Shown: positions 18,023 to 28,900 of the stretch, piece after piece | Position numbering within the stretch: position 1 is the stretch's first letter | How the letters are laid out: each line of letters starts with the position of its first letter | From: Candidatus Moraniibacteriota bacterium | GTDB lineage: Bacteria; Patescibacteriota; Minisyncoccia; Moranbacterales; GCA-2747515 | Direction of reading: 5' to 3' | Length of the DNA stretch: 64,000 bases | Assembly: GCA_942490825.1 (NCBI GenBank) | Contig: CALNYG010000005.1 | Location: 70,240 to 134,239 of the forward strand | The notes under the pieces: generated by a model | Databases searched by the model: none | What the model was told of the DNA's origin: nothing | The model's input: only the letters and a program-made list of their open reading frames with translations | Translations under genes and position numbers: made by a program

Positions 18023-19903
18023 CTACTCTAATACAAAACTATTATTACCTTTCTGTGTTTCATCATCTTCTTTCAAATTAATTGTTTTTGTAAGATAATC
18101 TTTATAAAAATTTTCACCCGTAAACACATCCATAAAGTCAAGATTAATGTCTTTGATTAAAATAGGACTTTTTCCTGCTTGATCTACGCTAGGAATAATG
18201 CTTACATCAAAACTTATTTTTTGTGTCGGTGAAAGAAAACCTTCGCCATGAGTGACTCCGCCAACTTTCCAAACCATTGCATTAGCTCGCTCATTAAACG
18301 ACAATTTATCTTTTTTATCTCCCGTAACATTTTTTTTCCATGAAACACCTGTTGGTAATACGGCTGAAATTTCAACTTCTTTCAAATCATTATTATAGCT
18401 TCCGACCTCCATTGTCAAAGTGTAAATTGTTTCTTTGCCGACTCTCGGTGGCAATTCACCTTCTTTATATTTTCCTGTTACTTCAAACGGAACATATGAA
18501 CCTAACTTTATTAATAAAACATTAGTTAAAATAGTTTTATTGTCACGAATTGGAGATGGAATATCCTCACTGTCAATAGATGCTCTTGTTTCAATTGTAA
18601 AATTTGCATCAGTCGTGTCTTGAATTGGTAATTCTTTTTTAACAGGAATAGTAAAATTCACCTCCCCTGACTCGTTTGGTTCAAGTAACTTCAACGCTGG
18701 AACATCCGATGCCTTCCAAATAATAGTTTTATTTTTTTTATCATAAAAACCTTTTCTGTCTAACTTTAATTCGCTGAAATCGAGCACTTCATCTTCAAAC
18801 TGAAGTTTTAAAATCGCATCTCGAATCGGTATATTGGCATCATTTGAAAATTCAACTGTATAATTTAGCTCATTTCCTGCATAAACAACTTCTTGATTAG
18901 TGTATTGACTTAAAGCTATGGGAGCATTAATAATCTTTGCTGCATATTCATGAATGGCATAGACAACGCTTCTTTCAGTGGCCTGAGTCTCAACCTGTGC
19001 TTTGAACTTTTGGAAAGTCCCAATTTTTCCACTTAAAACCCCTTTTAATCTAAATTCTTTTTCTTCCTGTGGCAACAATTCACCTATAAACCAAACTTTA
19101 TCTTGGGCAAAATCTGGCTTTTCTGACTTAAAAGAAAAATTGTCAGGATATTCCATTATTAACTTAATATTTTTAATAGACTCTCTGCTTGTGTTACGAC
19201 AAGAAATTATCAAATCTAAAGAGCTTCCGCTAACAATTTCTTGCGGGGAATCGAAATCTATTACGATTGGAGAGCTATTTATTGTTGTTGAGGATTTTCC
19301 TTGAGTCGAATAAATCGCGGAAGTTTTAGCTGGTTGATAACTTAAGGTTCCTTGAACGTTTTCTATAAAATTTTCTGGACCAACAAAGTAACCAGCGATA
19401 GTAATTTTTCCTTTTCCATAAGATCTAATATTACCAACTTCTATAACTCCGCTATTTAAACTAGCTACTTTAAAACTTGACTGATCTTCGATTGGTATAA
19501 AATATTTACCAAATTCAACTTTTATTTCTGCATTTGATAATGAAGCACGATTTTTATTTGTGTATTCAAAAGCAATTTCTACTAAATCATTGCTTTTTGC
19601 TGAATCAGGAGCTGTTAAAATTAAGCTGACATTTTCTTGTTTGAAAAAAGATCTTTGATAATAAACAAAACCAACAACTGATAATGAAATAATGATTACT
19701 ATTAGTAAAATTATTACTCCAGAAATTATAGCTCTTATTTTTGTTGCAAAGAGACGATCATATAATCTTTCCCAAACGGTTTTTTGTTTTTTTTGAACAT
19801 CTTCTTCAAATTTTTCCTCATGATAAGAAGTTTTTTCTGGTCGACGTCGAGCGTATTTTGAATATTTTTTTGGTAAGTCTTCTTGTATTTTTTTTAATGG
19901 CAT
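18023..19903 (-). CDS. membrane-anchored protein with repeated beta-sandwich (DUF11/CARDB-like) modules
   Basis: 626 aa. A basic N-terminus is followed by one TM helix (IRAIISGVIILLIVIIISLSVVGFVYY), then several segments of about 100 aa with alternating beta-strand patterns. It lies directly downstream of the giant fibre-like gene on the same strand. Confidence 0.6.
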   Translation of the reverse strand: MPLKKIQEDLPKKYSKYARRRPEKTSYHEEKFEEDVQKKQKTVWERLYDRLFATKIRAIISGVIILLIVIIISLSVVGFVYYQRSFFKQENVSLILTAPDSAKSNDLVEIAFEYTNKNRASLSNAEIKVEFGKYFIPIEDQSSFKVASLNSGVIEVGNIRSYGKGKITIAGYFVGPENFIENVQGTLSYQPAKTSAIYSTQGKSSTTINSSPIVIDFDSPQEIVSGSSLDLIISCRNTSRESIKNIKLIMEYPDNFSFKSEKPDFAQDKVWFIGELLPQEEKEFRLKGVLSGKIGTFQKFKAQVETQATERSVVYAIHEYAAKIINAPIALSQYTNQEVVYAGNELNYTVEFSNDANIPIRDAILKLQFEDEVLDFSELKLDRKGFYDKKNKTIIWKASDVPALKLLEPNESGEVNFTIPVKKELPIQDTTDANFTIETRASIDSEDIPSPIRDNKTILTNVLLIKLGSYVPFEVTGKYKEGELPPRVGKETIYTLTMEVGSYNNDLKEVEISAVLPTGVSWKKNVTGDKKDKLSFNERANAMVWKVGGVTHGEGFLSPTQKISFDVSIIPSVDQAGKSPILIKDINLDFMDVFTGENFYKDYLTKTINLKEDDETQKGNNSFVLE

Positions 19904-20076
19904 ATTTATTTTTTTCTGATAGTTATGTTTATAGTGTAGCAGATTTTACAAAAAATAAATATTTTTTTCATAAATTTTATATTTACTACATAATCTATTA
20001 TAAATATAAATTAAATAACGTGAAAGAGATGTGAGTTTTTAAAAAAGTTTGTTAGATTGCAACAGATTATATTTAT

Positions 20077-23000
20077 TTATAATTCACTTACATAGTACAA
20101 ATTAAAAACACTATCCCTAACAATTAGATCATCACTATTTGTAGTATTCATAACTTCAAGTTTAAAATTATCTCCAGCATTCGCATGTATTGTCATTGGT
20201 AAAGTAAAAGTCTGGAAGTTACTTACTCCTGATGTTGTAGCTCCAATTCTATATCCAACTGGAACTCCCTGAGTAATGTTATAAAGTCTAAGATAAAAAT
20301 CTTCTCCATTTCCACCTGATATTGTGATGGAAACATTTCCTACGTAATGACCAGCATTAATAAATGTCATTACATCATTTGATAAGCCAAATCCATTTGC
20401 TTCTCCTGAAAATAAATCATTTGTTGAATTAGTTAATTGTTCCCAAGTATCAACTGTACAATTAATAGTTTCCAATTTATTTTGAAATCCTCCATAAATA
20501 TAATAAATATTACTTTGTTTAAGTATTCCTCCAGTAATAATTACATCTCCATTTTCATCAATAACCATCCTTTCAACTCCAGCTGTATCAAACCTAATCT
20601 TATCTTCATCTGCACTTTCTTCAACTTGAATTTTAGTATCACCATCTGTATCACTTAAAGATAAGGCTGTGCTTCCAGAAATATCATCCTGCCAAGTCAA
20701 AGCACCAGATCCATCAGTTTTCAAAACCTGATTAGCTGAACCATCAGCTGTTGGAAGAGTATAATTTTTAAAAGAAATTAATCCATCATTTTTTACACTA
20801 AATAAATTAGCATTAGCACTATCATCAACTTTTAACGCATGAGCTGTGTCATCAGCGGTTGCACCTTTAATGTGAGTTTTAGCAGTGATAGAATTTGTTC
20901 CAATTCCTAAACTATCCGTTACATCATCCCAAAAGAAATTTGTATTATCTTCTGTTACTACTGAGCCTGAAGTAAATAAGATTGAACCCGCAGTAAATGA
21001 ACCTAGAGTATCAGTTAATCCTAAGAAAGTAGAAGTACCACCAGCATTATCATCCACATATTTTTTAGTAGCAGGTTCGTAATCTGCGTCAGGAGTAAAG
21101 GCATCAGTATTATCTAATTCAAGCACATTAGTTAAATCAGCTTTCAAATTCAAAGCAGTCTGAACAGCAGAGCTCACAGGTTTATCAGCGTCACTGGTAT
21201 TATCTACGTTTCCTAATCCTACATCAGATGAATCAACAGAATGAGGGTTTGTTGTTGTATCAGCCACATGACTATCCAATTGAGTATGTGTATTACTTCC
21301 AATATCAGTTAAAGAAGTATGTGATTTTGTAGTAAGATCAGCAATATCTGAAGTTGTTTTATCAACCTGTGCCCAAGTATAATCATTTGTTTGAGCAGTT
21401 ATATCTCCAGTTCTAGTAAATACGCTGGTCACTGCACCACTACTAATATTATCATCAACGTATTTTTTATTTGCCACTTGATAATCAGTTGTCGGAGCTG
21501 AACTTGGAGTTATAGAAAAACTTGAAAATGTCTTAACTCCAGCAACTGTCTGGGGATTTGTTAAATCAACAAAGTTTTGAGTTATTGAACCAGTCCCACC
21601 ATTTGCAATGGGTAATATACCAGTAACATCATCGGTTAAATCAATTTGGTTAGCAGTTATTTCTTGTCCTGATAAAGTTAAATAATCTTTTCCCGCTAAA
21701 GTTACAGCGTCATGTAATTGTGTAATATCAGCTTTCAAATTCAAAGCAGTCTGAACAGCAGTGCTCACAGGTTTATCAGCATCACTGGTATTATCAACAT
21801 TTCCCAATCCAACATCAGATGAGTCTACTGAATGAGGGTTTGTTGTAATATTTGCAATATGAGTATCAATAGTAGCATGATCGTTTGTTCCAATATTTTG
21901 AATATTAGCATGATCAATGCTTCCCTCAGTAAAATGAATACTCGAATCTCCAGTGTGAGAAGTTAAATCACCAGAACTCGCACTATTATCACTTATTGTA
22001 AAATCTGGATAAGTTCCTCCTAAAGTTACATTTGTGCCACCAGTAAAAGCTACTGTTTTATCGTAAAGATTAGTTGAGCCTTCCGTTAAGTCATCAGTTG
22101 TTTTAGAAGAAAAATTACTATCAAAGTTAGTAGAAAAATCTGTAATATTCAATTTCAAATTCAAAGCAGTTTGAACAGCTGAACTCACAGGTTTATCAGC
22201 ATCGCTAGTATTATCCACATTTCCTAATCCTACGTCAGATGAATCTACTGAATGTGGATTAGTTGTTGTATCAGCCACATGACTGTCCAATTGAGTATGT
22301 GTATTACTTCCAATATCAGTTAAAGAAGTGTGTGATTTTGTAGTAAGATCAGCAATATCTGAAGTTGTTTTATCAATTTGTGCCCAAGTGTAATCATTTG
22401 TTTGAGCAGTAACTACTCCAGTTCTTCCAAAAACACTAGTTATTGCACCACCAGAACCCACTAATTCATCCAGTGTCTCTAAAGCTTTTTGAACTGTATC
22501 ATCTAAAACACTAAGATTAGTATCAAAATTTGTAGTATCAAGATCTATTGTAGTTCCAGCTTGATTATGACTAGCTGGAGTAAACTCAGTCGGAACATCA
22601 TTTAAATCATTGTAAGATCCAGAAAAAGTTGAATAACCTGCAGTAGAATGATCTCCCCAACCAAAAGCAGTATCCCAATTACTAGCATTAGCTATTGCAG
22701 TTAAATCAGCTTTCAAATTCAAAGCAGTTTGAACAGCTGAACTCACAGGTTTATCAGCGTCACTGGTATTATCTACGTTTCCTAATCCTACGTCAGATGA
22801 ATCTACTGAATGTGGATTAGTTGTTGTATCAGCAACATGACTGTCCAATTGAGTATGTGTATTACTTCCAATATCAGTTAAAGAAGTGTGTGATTTTGTA
22901 GTAAGATCAGCAATATCTGAAGTTGTTTTATCAATTTGTGCCCAAGTGTAATCATTTGTTTGAGCAGTAACTACTCCAGTTCTTCCAAAAACACTAGTTA

Positions 23001-24528
23001 TTGCACCACCAGAACCCACTAATTCATCCAGTGTCTCTAAAGCTTTTTGAACTGTATCATCTAAAACACTAAGATTAGTATCAAAATTTGTAGTATCAAG
23101 ATCTATTGTAGTTCCAGCTTGATTATGACTAGCTGGAGTAAACTCAGTCGGAACATCATTTAAATCATTGTAAGATCCAGAAAAAGTTGAATAACCTGCA
23201 GTAGAATGATCTCCCCAACCAAAAGCAGTATCCCAATTACTAGCATTAGCTATTGCAGTTAGATCAGCTTTCAAATCCAAAGCAGTCTGAACAGCAGAGC
23301 TCACAGGTTTATCAGCGTCACTGGTATTATCTACGTTTCCTAATCCTACATCAGATGAATCAACTGAATGAGGGTTTGTTGTTGTGTCAGCAATATGAGT
23401 ATCAATAGTAGCATGATCATTTGTTCCAATATTTGATAATGCAGTATGATCTGTTACGCCTGCAGAATTATTAGTCCAACTTAAATCTCCTGATCCATCT
23501 GTAGTCAAAATCTGTCCAGAAGCTCCATCAGCACTTGGTAAACTTAGCACATCTAAAAATCCCGTTAAATCACCATGCTGAGAATTTGTTAAGTGATAAT
23601 ATTCGTCTGTTGCTCCGCCTTGAATATTATTTAAATCATTATGATCTGCAGTTCCAGCAGTCAAAGCTGATATATCAACAGTATTTCCAGTGGAAATAGT
23701 AATCTCGCCTGTACTGGAATTAAATGAAAGTGTTTGTGAATCTGTGTTTGTATCAGTATCAACATCAGCAGAACAAACAAAAGCACTTCCATTCCACTGA
23801 AGTTTATCAGTCCCGCTACAAGTCGGAGCATTTATAGAAACTTCTCCACTAGCTTCATTAAGTCCATCGCCTGCTGTAATACTGCTCATTCCACTAATAT
23901 CACCACAAGCCCATTGATCATCACCACCATCCCAATATAAAAAATCCCCATCATTCTCACATTCTAATTCACCTGAGCTATTTACATTTACACTATTATT
24001 ATCTAAGTCTCCAAAAACTGCATGTGTCGGTTTACGGCAATCCCATTCTTTTTCTCCTTCATGCCATTGTAAAATTCTATCATCATCAACACATCGTATT
24101 TGACCATCTTTAACTTTCACTGTTGTAGAATCATAATTAAAAGAAACATCATCAGCATCTTCAATATAAATCGTTTCAGTTATAGTTTTAGTTTCGACTA
24201 CATTTTGATTTTGTTGAGCTGAAGAAGAATTATTAGATGTATTTGATTCAGAAGTCGAATCATTTTTCTCAGTAGCTATTTCTTTATCATTTGAATTTAA
24301 AGAATCACTACCTTCTTCATTCAAAGAATTAGAAACAGAACTAAGAGTATCAGCCTCATCAGATTCATTATAATCGTTATCTTCTTTTCGAAGATTAAAT
24401 ATTATAATACCTCCAATTAACAATACAATGATAATTGCTGAAATCCATTTGGTGCTTGGACTAATTATATTCTCTTGATAGCTTTCTGGAATTTGTTTAG
24501 AAATAGAAGCTTTGTGTTTTGTGGGCAT
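20077..24528 (-). CDS. giant membrane-anchored surface protein with phage-tail-fibre-type repeats
   Basis: 1483 aa. N-terminal TM helix (WISAIIIVLLIGGIIIF) and a Ser/Asn-rich linker. Three copies of C..(D/G)..L.W.G....W.C. Five copies of TNPHSVDSSDVGLGNVDNTSDADKPVS.AVQTAL.LK, a GLGNVDNTSD.DKP motif known from phage tail fibre repeats. The C-terminal segment of about 150 aa is beta-rich. Confidence 0.85.
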   Translation of the reverse strand: MPTKHKASISKQIPESYQENIISPSTKWISAIIIVLLIGGIIIFNLRKEDNDYNESDEADTLSSVSNSLNEEGSDSLNSNDKEIATEKNDSTSESNTSNNSSSAQQNQNVVETKTITETIYIEDADDVSFNYDSTTVKVKDGQIRCVDDDRILQWHEGEKEWDCRKPTHAVFGDLDNNSVNVNSSGELECENDGDFLYWDGGDDQWACGDISGMSSITAGDGLNEASGEVSINAPTCSGTDKLQWNGSAFVCSADVDTDTNTDSQTLSFNSSTGEITISTGNTVDISALTAGTADHNDLNNIQGGATDEYYHLTNSQHGDLTGFLDVLSLPSADGASGQILTTDGSGDLSWTNNSAGVTDHTALSNIGTNDHATIDTHIADTTTNPHSVDSSDVGLGNVDNTSDADKPVSSAVQTALDLKADLTAIANASNWDTAFGWGDHSTAGYSTFSGSYNDLNDVPTEFTPASHNQAGTTIDLDTTNFDTNLSVLDDTVQKALETLDELVGSGGAITSVFGRTGVVTAQTNDYTWAQIDKTTSDIADLTTKSHTSLTDIGSNTHTQLDSHVADTTTNPHSVDSSDVGLGNVDNTSDADKPVSSAVQTALNLKADLTAIANASNWDTAFGWGDHSTAGYSTFSGSYNDLNDVPTEFTPASHNQAGTTIDLDTTNFDTNLSVLDDTVQKALETLDELVGSGGAITSVFGRTGVVTAQTNDYTWAQIDKTTSDIADLTTKSHTSLTDIGSNTHTQLDSHVADTTTNPHSVDSSDVGLGNVDNTSDADKPVSSAVQTALNLKLNITDFSTNFDSNFSSKTTDDLTEGSTNLYDKTVAFTGGTNVTLGGTYPDFTISDNSASSGDLTSHTGDSSIHFTEGSIDHANIQNIGTNDHATIDTHIANITTNPHSVDSSDVGLGNVDNTSDADKPVSTAVQTALNLKADITQLHDAVTLAGKDYLTLSGQEITANQIDLTDDVTGILPIANGGTGSITQNFVDLTNPQTVAGVKTFSSFSITPSSAPTTDYQVANKKYVDDNISSGAVTSVFTRTGDITAQTNDYTWAQVDKTTSDIADLTTKSHTSLTDIGSNTHTQLDSHVADTTTNPHSVDSSDVGLGNVDNTSDADKPVSSAVQTALNLKADLTNVLELDNTDAFTPDADYEPATKKYVDDNAGGTSTFLGLTDTLGSFTAGSILFTSGSVVTEDNTNFFWDDVTDSLGIGTNSITAKTHIKGATADDTAHALKVDDSANANLFSVKNDGLISFKNYTLPTADGSANQVLKTDGSGALTWQDDISGSTALSLSDTDGDTKIQVEESADEDKIRFDTAGVERMVIDENGDVIITGGILKQSNIYYIYGGFQNKLETINCTVDTWEQLTNSTNDLFSGEANGFGLSNDVMTFINAGHYVGNVSITISGGNGEDFYLRLYNITQGVPVGYRIGATTSGVSNFQTFTLPMTIHANAGDNFKLEVMNTTNSDDLIVRDSVFNLYYVSEL
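22155..23270. repeat. 2 x 558-bp near-identical tandem duplication inside the giant gene
   Basis: 22155-22712 and 22713-23270 differ at only a handful of positions, and more than 400 bp are identical by eye. Each unit encodes 186 aa in frame. More diverged partial copies lie at about 21130-21420, 21715-21850 and 23271-23400. Confidence 0.9.
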
Positions 24529-24604
24529 AGTCTTTGATTTTTATTTTTGAAACAAAAAAAGGCGATACCTAAATACAGGCACACCCTTTTTATCTCTTAA
24601 ATTC

Positions 24605-24633
24605 ATTATAACATGGCTTGACACAAAAGTCAA
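24605..24633 (-). promoter_or_regulatory. consensus sigma70-type promoter of the giant gene
   Basis: The minus strand reads TTGACT (complement of 24628-24633), 17 bp, TATAAT (complement of 24605-24610), about 75 nt upstream of the ATG at 24528. Confidence 0.65.
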
Positions 24634-24644
24634 ATTGATGAAAT

Positions 24645-25370
24645 TTACCGCAAAATCCACTCTAAAACATCCTTTGTTATTATAGACATTTGATAATTAA
24701 CTTTATTGTCTACGGACACTTTTATTAAATTTTTTAAGTTATTTTTTGTAATTAATCGTAAAGCTTTGATTGTGTTAATGTCAATTAAATTTTTAAATTT
24801 AGTTTTTCTTCCGCAATTCTGACAAACTACGCCACTAACATGTGTGCTGAAAAAATTTAGTTCTTGATCGGAGATTTTTTTCCCACATTCCCTGCAATTT
24901 ACAAAGGAAAAGTTGTAGCCTTGTGATTGATAAAGTTTAAAAAGAAAAGAATTAGTTATCCAAACTATTTTCCCTTCAATATTTTCAGATTTTGTAAGTT
25001 CATTGGCTACTTTTAAATATTCCAAAAATAAGTTGAAAACTGCTGGATCGGTTTCAACTCCGTACATAAGTCGCAAAAAAATGTCTTTTGCTCGATATGT
25101 GTCTTTTAAAACTTCATAATTATTTTTTAAATCTGTGAATGAATGTTCGGCAATTGCTCCGGCTAATGTTCCGCGTCCTCGGTTTTTGGCGACGGCGATA
25201 TTGGCGAAAGTGAATATTTCTACCTGAGGTGCCAGTTTGGCTTGGGATTTTCGGATTCCTTTTGCGGGAACGTGTAAAAGACCGACTTCTCTTGTGTAAA
25301 AGGTGTAAAGTCGATCGGTTTCGGCGATGTCTTTTTTATTTAGGGAAATGGCTTGATAGTTGATTTTCAT
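24645..25370 (-). CDS. recO: DNA repair protein RecO
   Basis: 241 aa. An N-terminal OB-like region is followed by a Zn finger CRECGKK....CQNCG. Size and layout fit RecO. Confidence 0.82.
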   Translation of the reverse strand: MKINYQAISLNKKDIAETDRLYTFYTREVGLLHVPAKGIRKSQAKLAPQVEIFTFANIAVAKNRGRGTLAGAIAEHSFTDLKNNYEVLKDTYRAKDIFLRLMYGVETDPAVFNLFLEYLKVANELTKSENIEGKIVWITNSFLFKLYQSQGYNFSFVNCRECGKKISDQELNFFSTHVSGVVCQNCGRKTKFKNLIDINTIKALRLITKNNLKNLIKVSVDNKVNYQMSIITKDVLEWILR

Positions 25371-25474
25371 TTGTTAGCTTTACAAAATTTAAATAGTGTG
25401 TTACGATATGCAGTTGAGTAAATACTCAATATGTCTACTAACCATTTTAACGGTATAACAAAGGAGATTTAGTC

Positions 25475-25873
25475 ATGTTGGAAAAAGTTATTCGTAATAT
25501 AAAAAAATTTTTTTTGCCTGTAAAAGATGATTTGAGTTCTACTGAAATAAACGCGTATCAGGAACTAAGAGATACTGGAGACCCTACTCTAATTATAGAA
25601 ATTCTCATGAAATATTATGAGGAAAAGCTTTCTTCAAGTAAGAAAATTTTAGAGTCAGGCTCATATGCAGAACGGGGTCTTAAGAAACAGGCTTTGGAGA
25701 TAGCTGCTGAATATGCGTATAATTCAGGTTTTTACGCAGAAAGTGCAAACAGACGCACTAGAGCGAACAAGTATGATGCTACATCATACTACAAAAAAGC
25801 TTTAGAACTTTTTCCCGATGATAAAACATACCAAGAGGCTGTTAAAAGAAGTATTCTTGCAACAGAACAGTAA
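25475..25873 (+). CDS. hypothetical 132-aa helical protein
   Basis: AAGGAG SD and a downstream hairpin terminator. No family recognised. The final repeat (YYKKALELFPDD) is possibly TPR-like. Confidence 0.5.
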   Translation: MLEKVIRNIKKFFLPVKDDLSSTEINAYQELRDTGDPTLIIEILMKYYEEKLSSSKKILESGSYAERGLKKQALEIAAEYAYNSGFYAESANRRTRANKYDATSYYKKALELFPDDKTYQEAVKRSILATEQ

Positions 25874-25898
25874 AAAGTGTAAGTATTGAGAAGTAGAC

Positions 25899-25938
25899 AA
25901 TCGGCGATTTTCTTTGAAAGAATATCGCCGATTTTTTT
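25899..25938. terminator. bidirectional terminator between convergent genes
   Basis: Stem AATCGGCGAT (25899-25908) pairs with ATCGCCGATT (25924-25933), followed by a T run. It abuts the ileS stop. Confidence 0.8.
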
Positions 25939-28900
25939 ATTTCTTAATCCGCACAACAATCTTCTCCCCATCAACATCCAATTCCTTTTCCAAATCAAAT
26001 TCCTCCAAAGTTCCCTTCTCAAATTTCTCTGCCAAAACCTCTTTTACAATCATTTCACCAAACTTCTCAAAAACTTCCTCACCACCTTGATAACTCACAT
26101 TAATTCTGTCATCAACTTGATAATCTGCATTTTTTCGCATCTGTTGAATATGACGAATAATTTCACGAGCCTGTCCTTCAAGTTTTAATTCAGGAGTAAT
26201 TTCTGTGTCCAAAACAATATCAGTTTCAAGATTCTCATTAAAAATAACTTCTTTAACATTTAATTCTTCCTTGATAATTTCTTGCATCTCTTCGTTAAAA
26301 TCTTTTTTCACAGTAACTTTACTCAATGGCTGACGAACTTTCAATTTATTTTGAGAACGTAATTGTAAACCTTCACTAATCACATCTCGTAAATTTTCAA
26401 CCTGTTCATTCAACTTTTCATCAATTAATTCTTCATTAGTCTCAGGAAACTCAGCTAAGTGTACAGACGAAAAATCTTTCGTCTCTACGCTATTCATCAA
26501 ATTTTTATAAACCTCTTCCGCCATAAAAGGAGTAAACGGTGCCATCACCTTTGAAAGCTCAACCAAAACATAGTGCAAAGTCGCATAGGCATCATTTTTA
26601 TCACCATCATCTTCACTCTTCCAAAAACGCTTTCTTGAACGACGAATGTACCAGTTTGAAAGATTATCAGTAAACTTCGGCAACAATCGAGCTGCTTTGT
26701 GCAGTTCGTAAGCTTCCATATGATTATTAAACTCTCGGATCAAAACTTGTAATTCAGACACAATCCACTTGTCCAATAAATTAGTCTTACCTTCAGCTGA
26801 AAAATTTTTCTCCGCTTCCCACTTATCAATATTCGCATAAAGCACAAAGAAAGAGTAAGAATTCCACAACATTCGCATCATTCCCCGAACCACTTCACTC
26901 ACATCTTTTTCAGAGAAATTCAAATTTTGAGCTGCCACCACCGGAGACGCCATCAAATAATATCGTATTGAATCCGCTCCATATTTTTCAAACATTTCCA
27001 TTGGATTAGGATAGTTTTGCAATTTCTTCGACATTTTCTTTCCATCCTCCGCTAAAACAATTCCGTTAGCAATTACATTTTTAAAAGCAGGCTTTCCTTT
27101 GATCGCTCCGGCAATTGTGTGTAAATAATAAAACCAAGCTCGAGTTTGATCGATTCCTTCGGCAATAAAATCTGCTGGAAAAGTATTTTCAAATTTTTCT
27201 TTATTTTCGAACGGATAATGTTTTTGTGCGTAGGGCATTGAACCAGAATCAAACCAAGTGTCTAAAACATCAGGAATTCGATGCATTTCCCCGCTACATT
27301 TTTCACATGGAAAAACAATTTTATCCACAACATGTTTATGCAAATCATCAATTTTTTCTCCACTGATTTTTTCTAAATCTGCAACATTTCCAAAAACTTT
27401 CATTTCTCCACATTCACATTTCCAAATCGGTATTGCTGACGCCCAAAAACGCTGACGAGAAATTGACCAATCTCGTGCTCCCTCCAACCAATTTCCAAAA
27501 CGCCCTTCTTTCAAATGGGCTGGTGACCAATTTACTTCTTTGGCAGTTTCTAAAAGTTTATCTTTTATTTTTGTTACGGCGATAAACCAAGAAGATGTTG
27601 CGTAATTTATCAACGGAGTGTCACAACGCCAACAATGTGGATAACTATGATCATAACTTTCAGAATTAAAAATTTTCTTTTCTTCTTCTAAATAATTTAC
27701 AATCATCTTATCGGCTTTTCTGATTTGCACAACCCCCTTTTTTTCAGGAAATCGTTCACTGAGATTTAATTTTGCAAACTCTTCAAATTCTTTTTCATTT
27801 TTTAATTCTTCTTTAAAATTTCCATCCATTCCTACATGTTGTACAAAAGGTAAGTTATTTTCTTTTCCTAAATTCATATCGTCTTCACCAAATGCTGGTG
27901 CGATGTGAACTACTCCTGTTCCATCTTCTGTAGTTACAAAATCTGCTCCGTAAACTTTCCAACCGTTTTCTCGATTTTCTAAACTTTCATTTTCTGAATA
28001 AGTATTGAAAAGAGGTTTGTATTTTTTCCCGATTAATTTTTCCCCTTTTAGCTCTTCAATGATTTTATATTCCGCTTCACCAAAAATTTCTTCTAATTTT
28101 GCTTTTGCTAAAATAAATCTTTCGCTAAAATCAATTTTAAAATTTGGCTCATTAGTAACACCTTTTTCAAAGAAATGTCCTTTATTTTCTTCCTTATGTA
28201 AATTTGCATTCAATTTCCCTCCTAGTAAAAGAAAGTGTTCTTCTTTTATAATATTTTCATCTGAATAAATAACATCAACCTTATTGCTTATTTTATTCTT
28301 TATTTTTTCAAAATCCAATTCAAAATCAGTATATCCAGAATTTTTAACCCAATCAGGATTTGTTGATGAAAAAGATTTGCCTGGGTAGGTTGGAGCAATC
28401 ATTGTTAAACTTTCAATTTTAACTTCTTTATTTTCAAGAAATTTTAAAAATGTACTTGATCCTAGGGAATGAACGATAACATGAGAATTATTAAAGTCAT
28501 ATTTTTCCAATAATTCTAAGTTTTCTTTTAAGTTTGGATTACTGTTATTCTTATGATCTATAATTGTGACATTATAACCATTTTTTTCTAATTTTTCTTT
28601 TAATTTTTGAAAATAAGAATCAGAAGCAAAAGCGTGCTTACCGGAAATCAAAAACACATTTTTATACCAGCTCTCTTTCTCAATTTTCACATAATCAATA
28701 TCCTCACCCACAGCCAATGCAACATTTCCCGGAAGAGTCCAAGGAGTAGTCGTCCACGCAAGAATAAAAGTATTCGGTTCATCAACCAATTCAAACTTCG
28801 CCGTTACCGATAAATCCTTAATATCCTGATAACCCTCCGCAACCTCAGACTGCGAAAGAGTCGTCTCACATCGAGGACAAATGTGCATTGAACGGTAACT

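Noticed and set aside
21130-23400. Regularly spaced direct repeats could be a CRISPR-like array.
   Set aside because: The repeats are 558-bp coding units in frame within one long ORF, with no short spacer/repeat periodicity. No cas genes are present.
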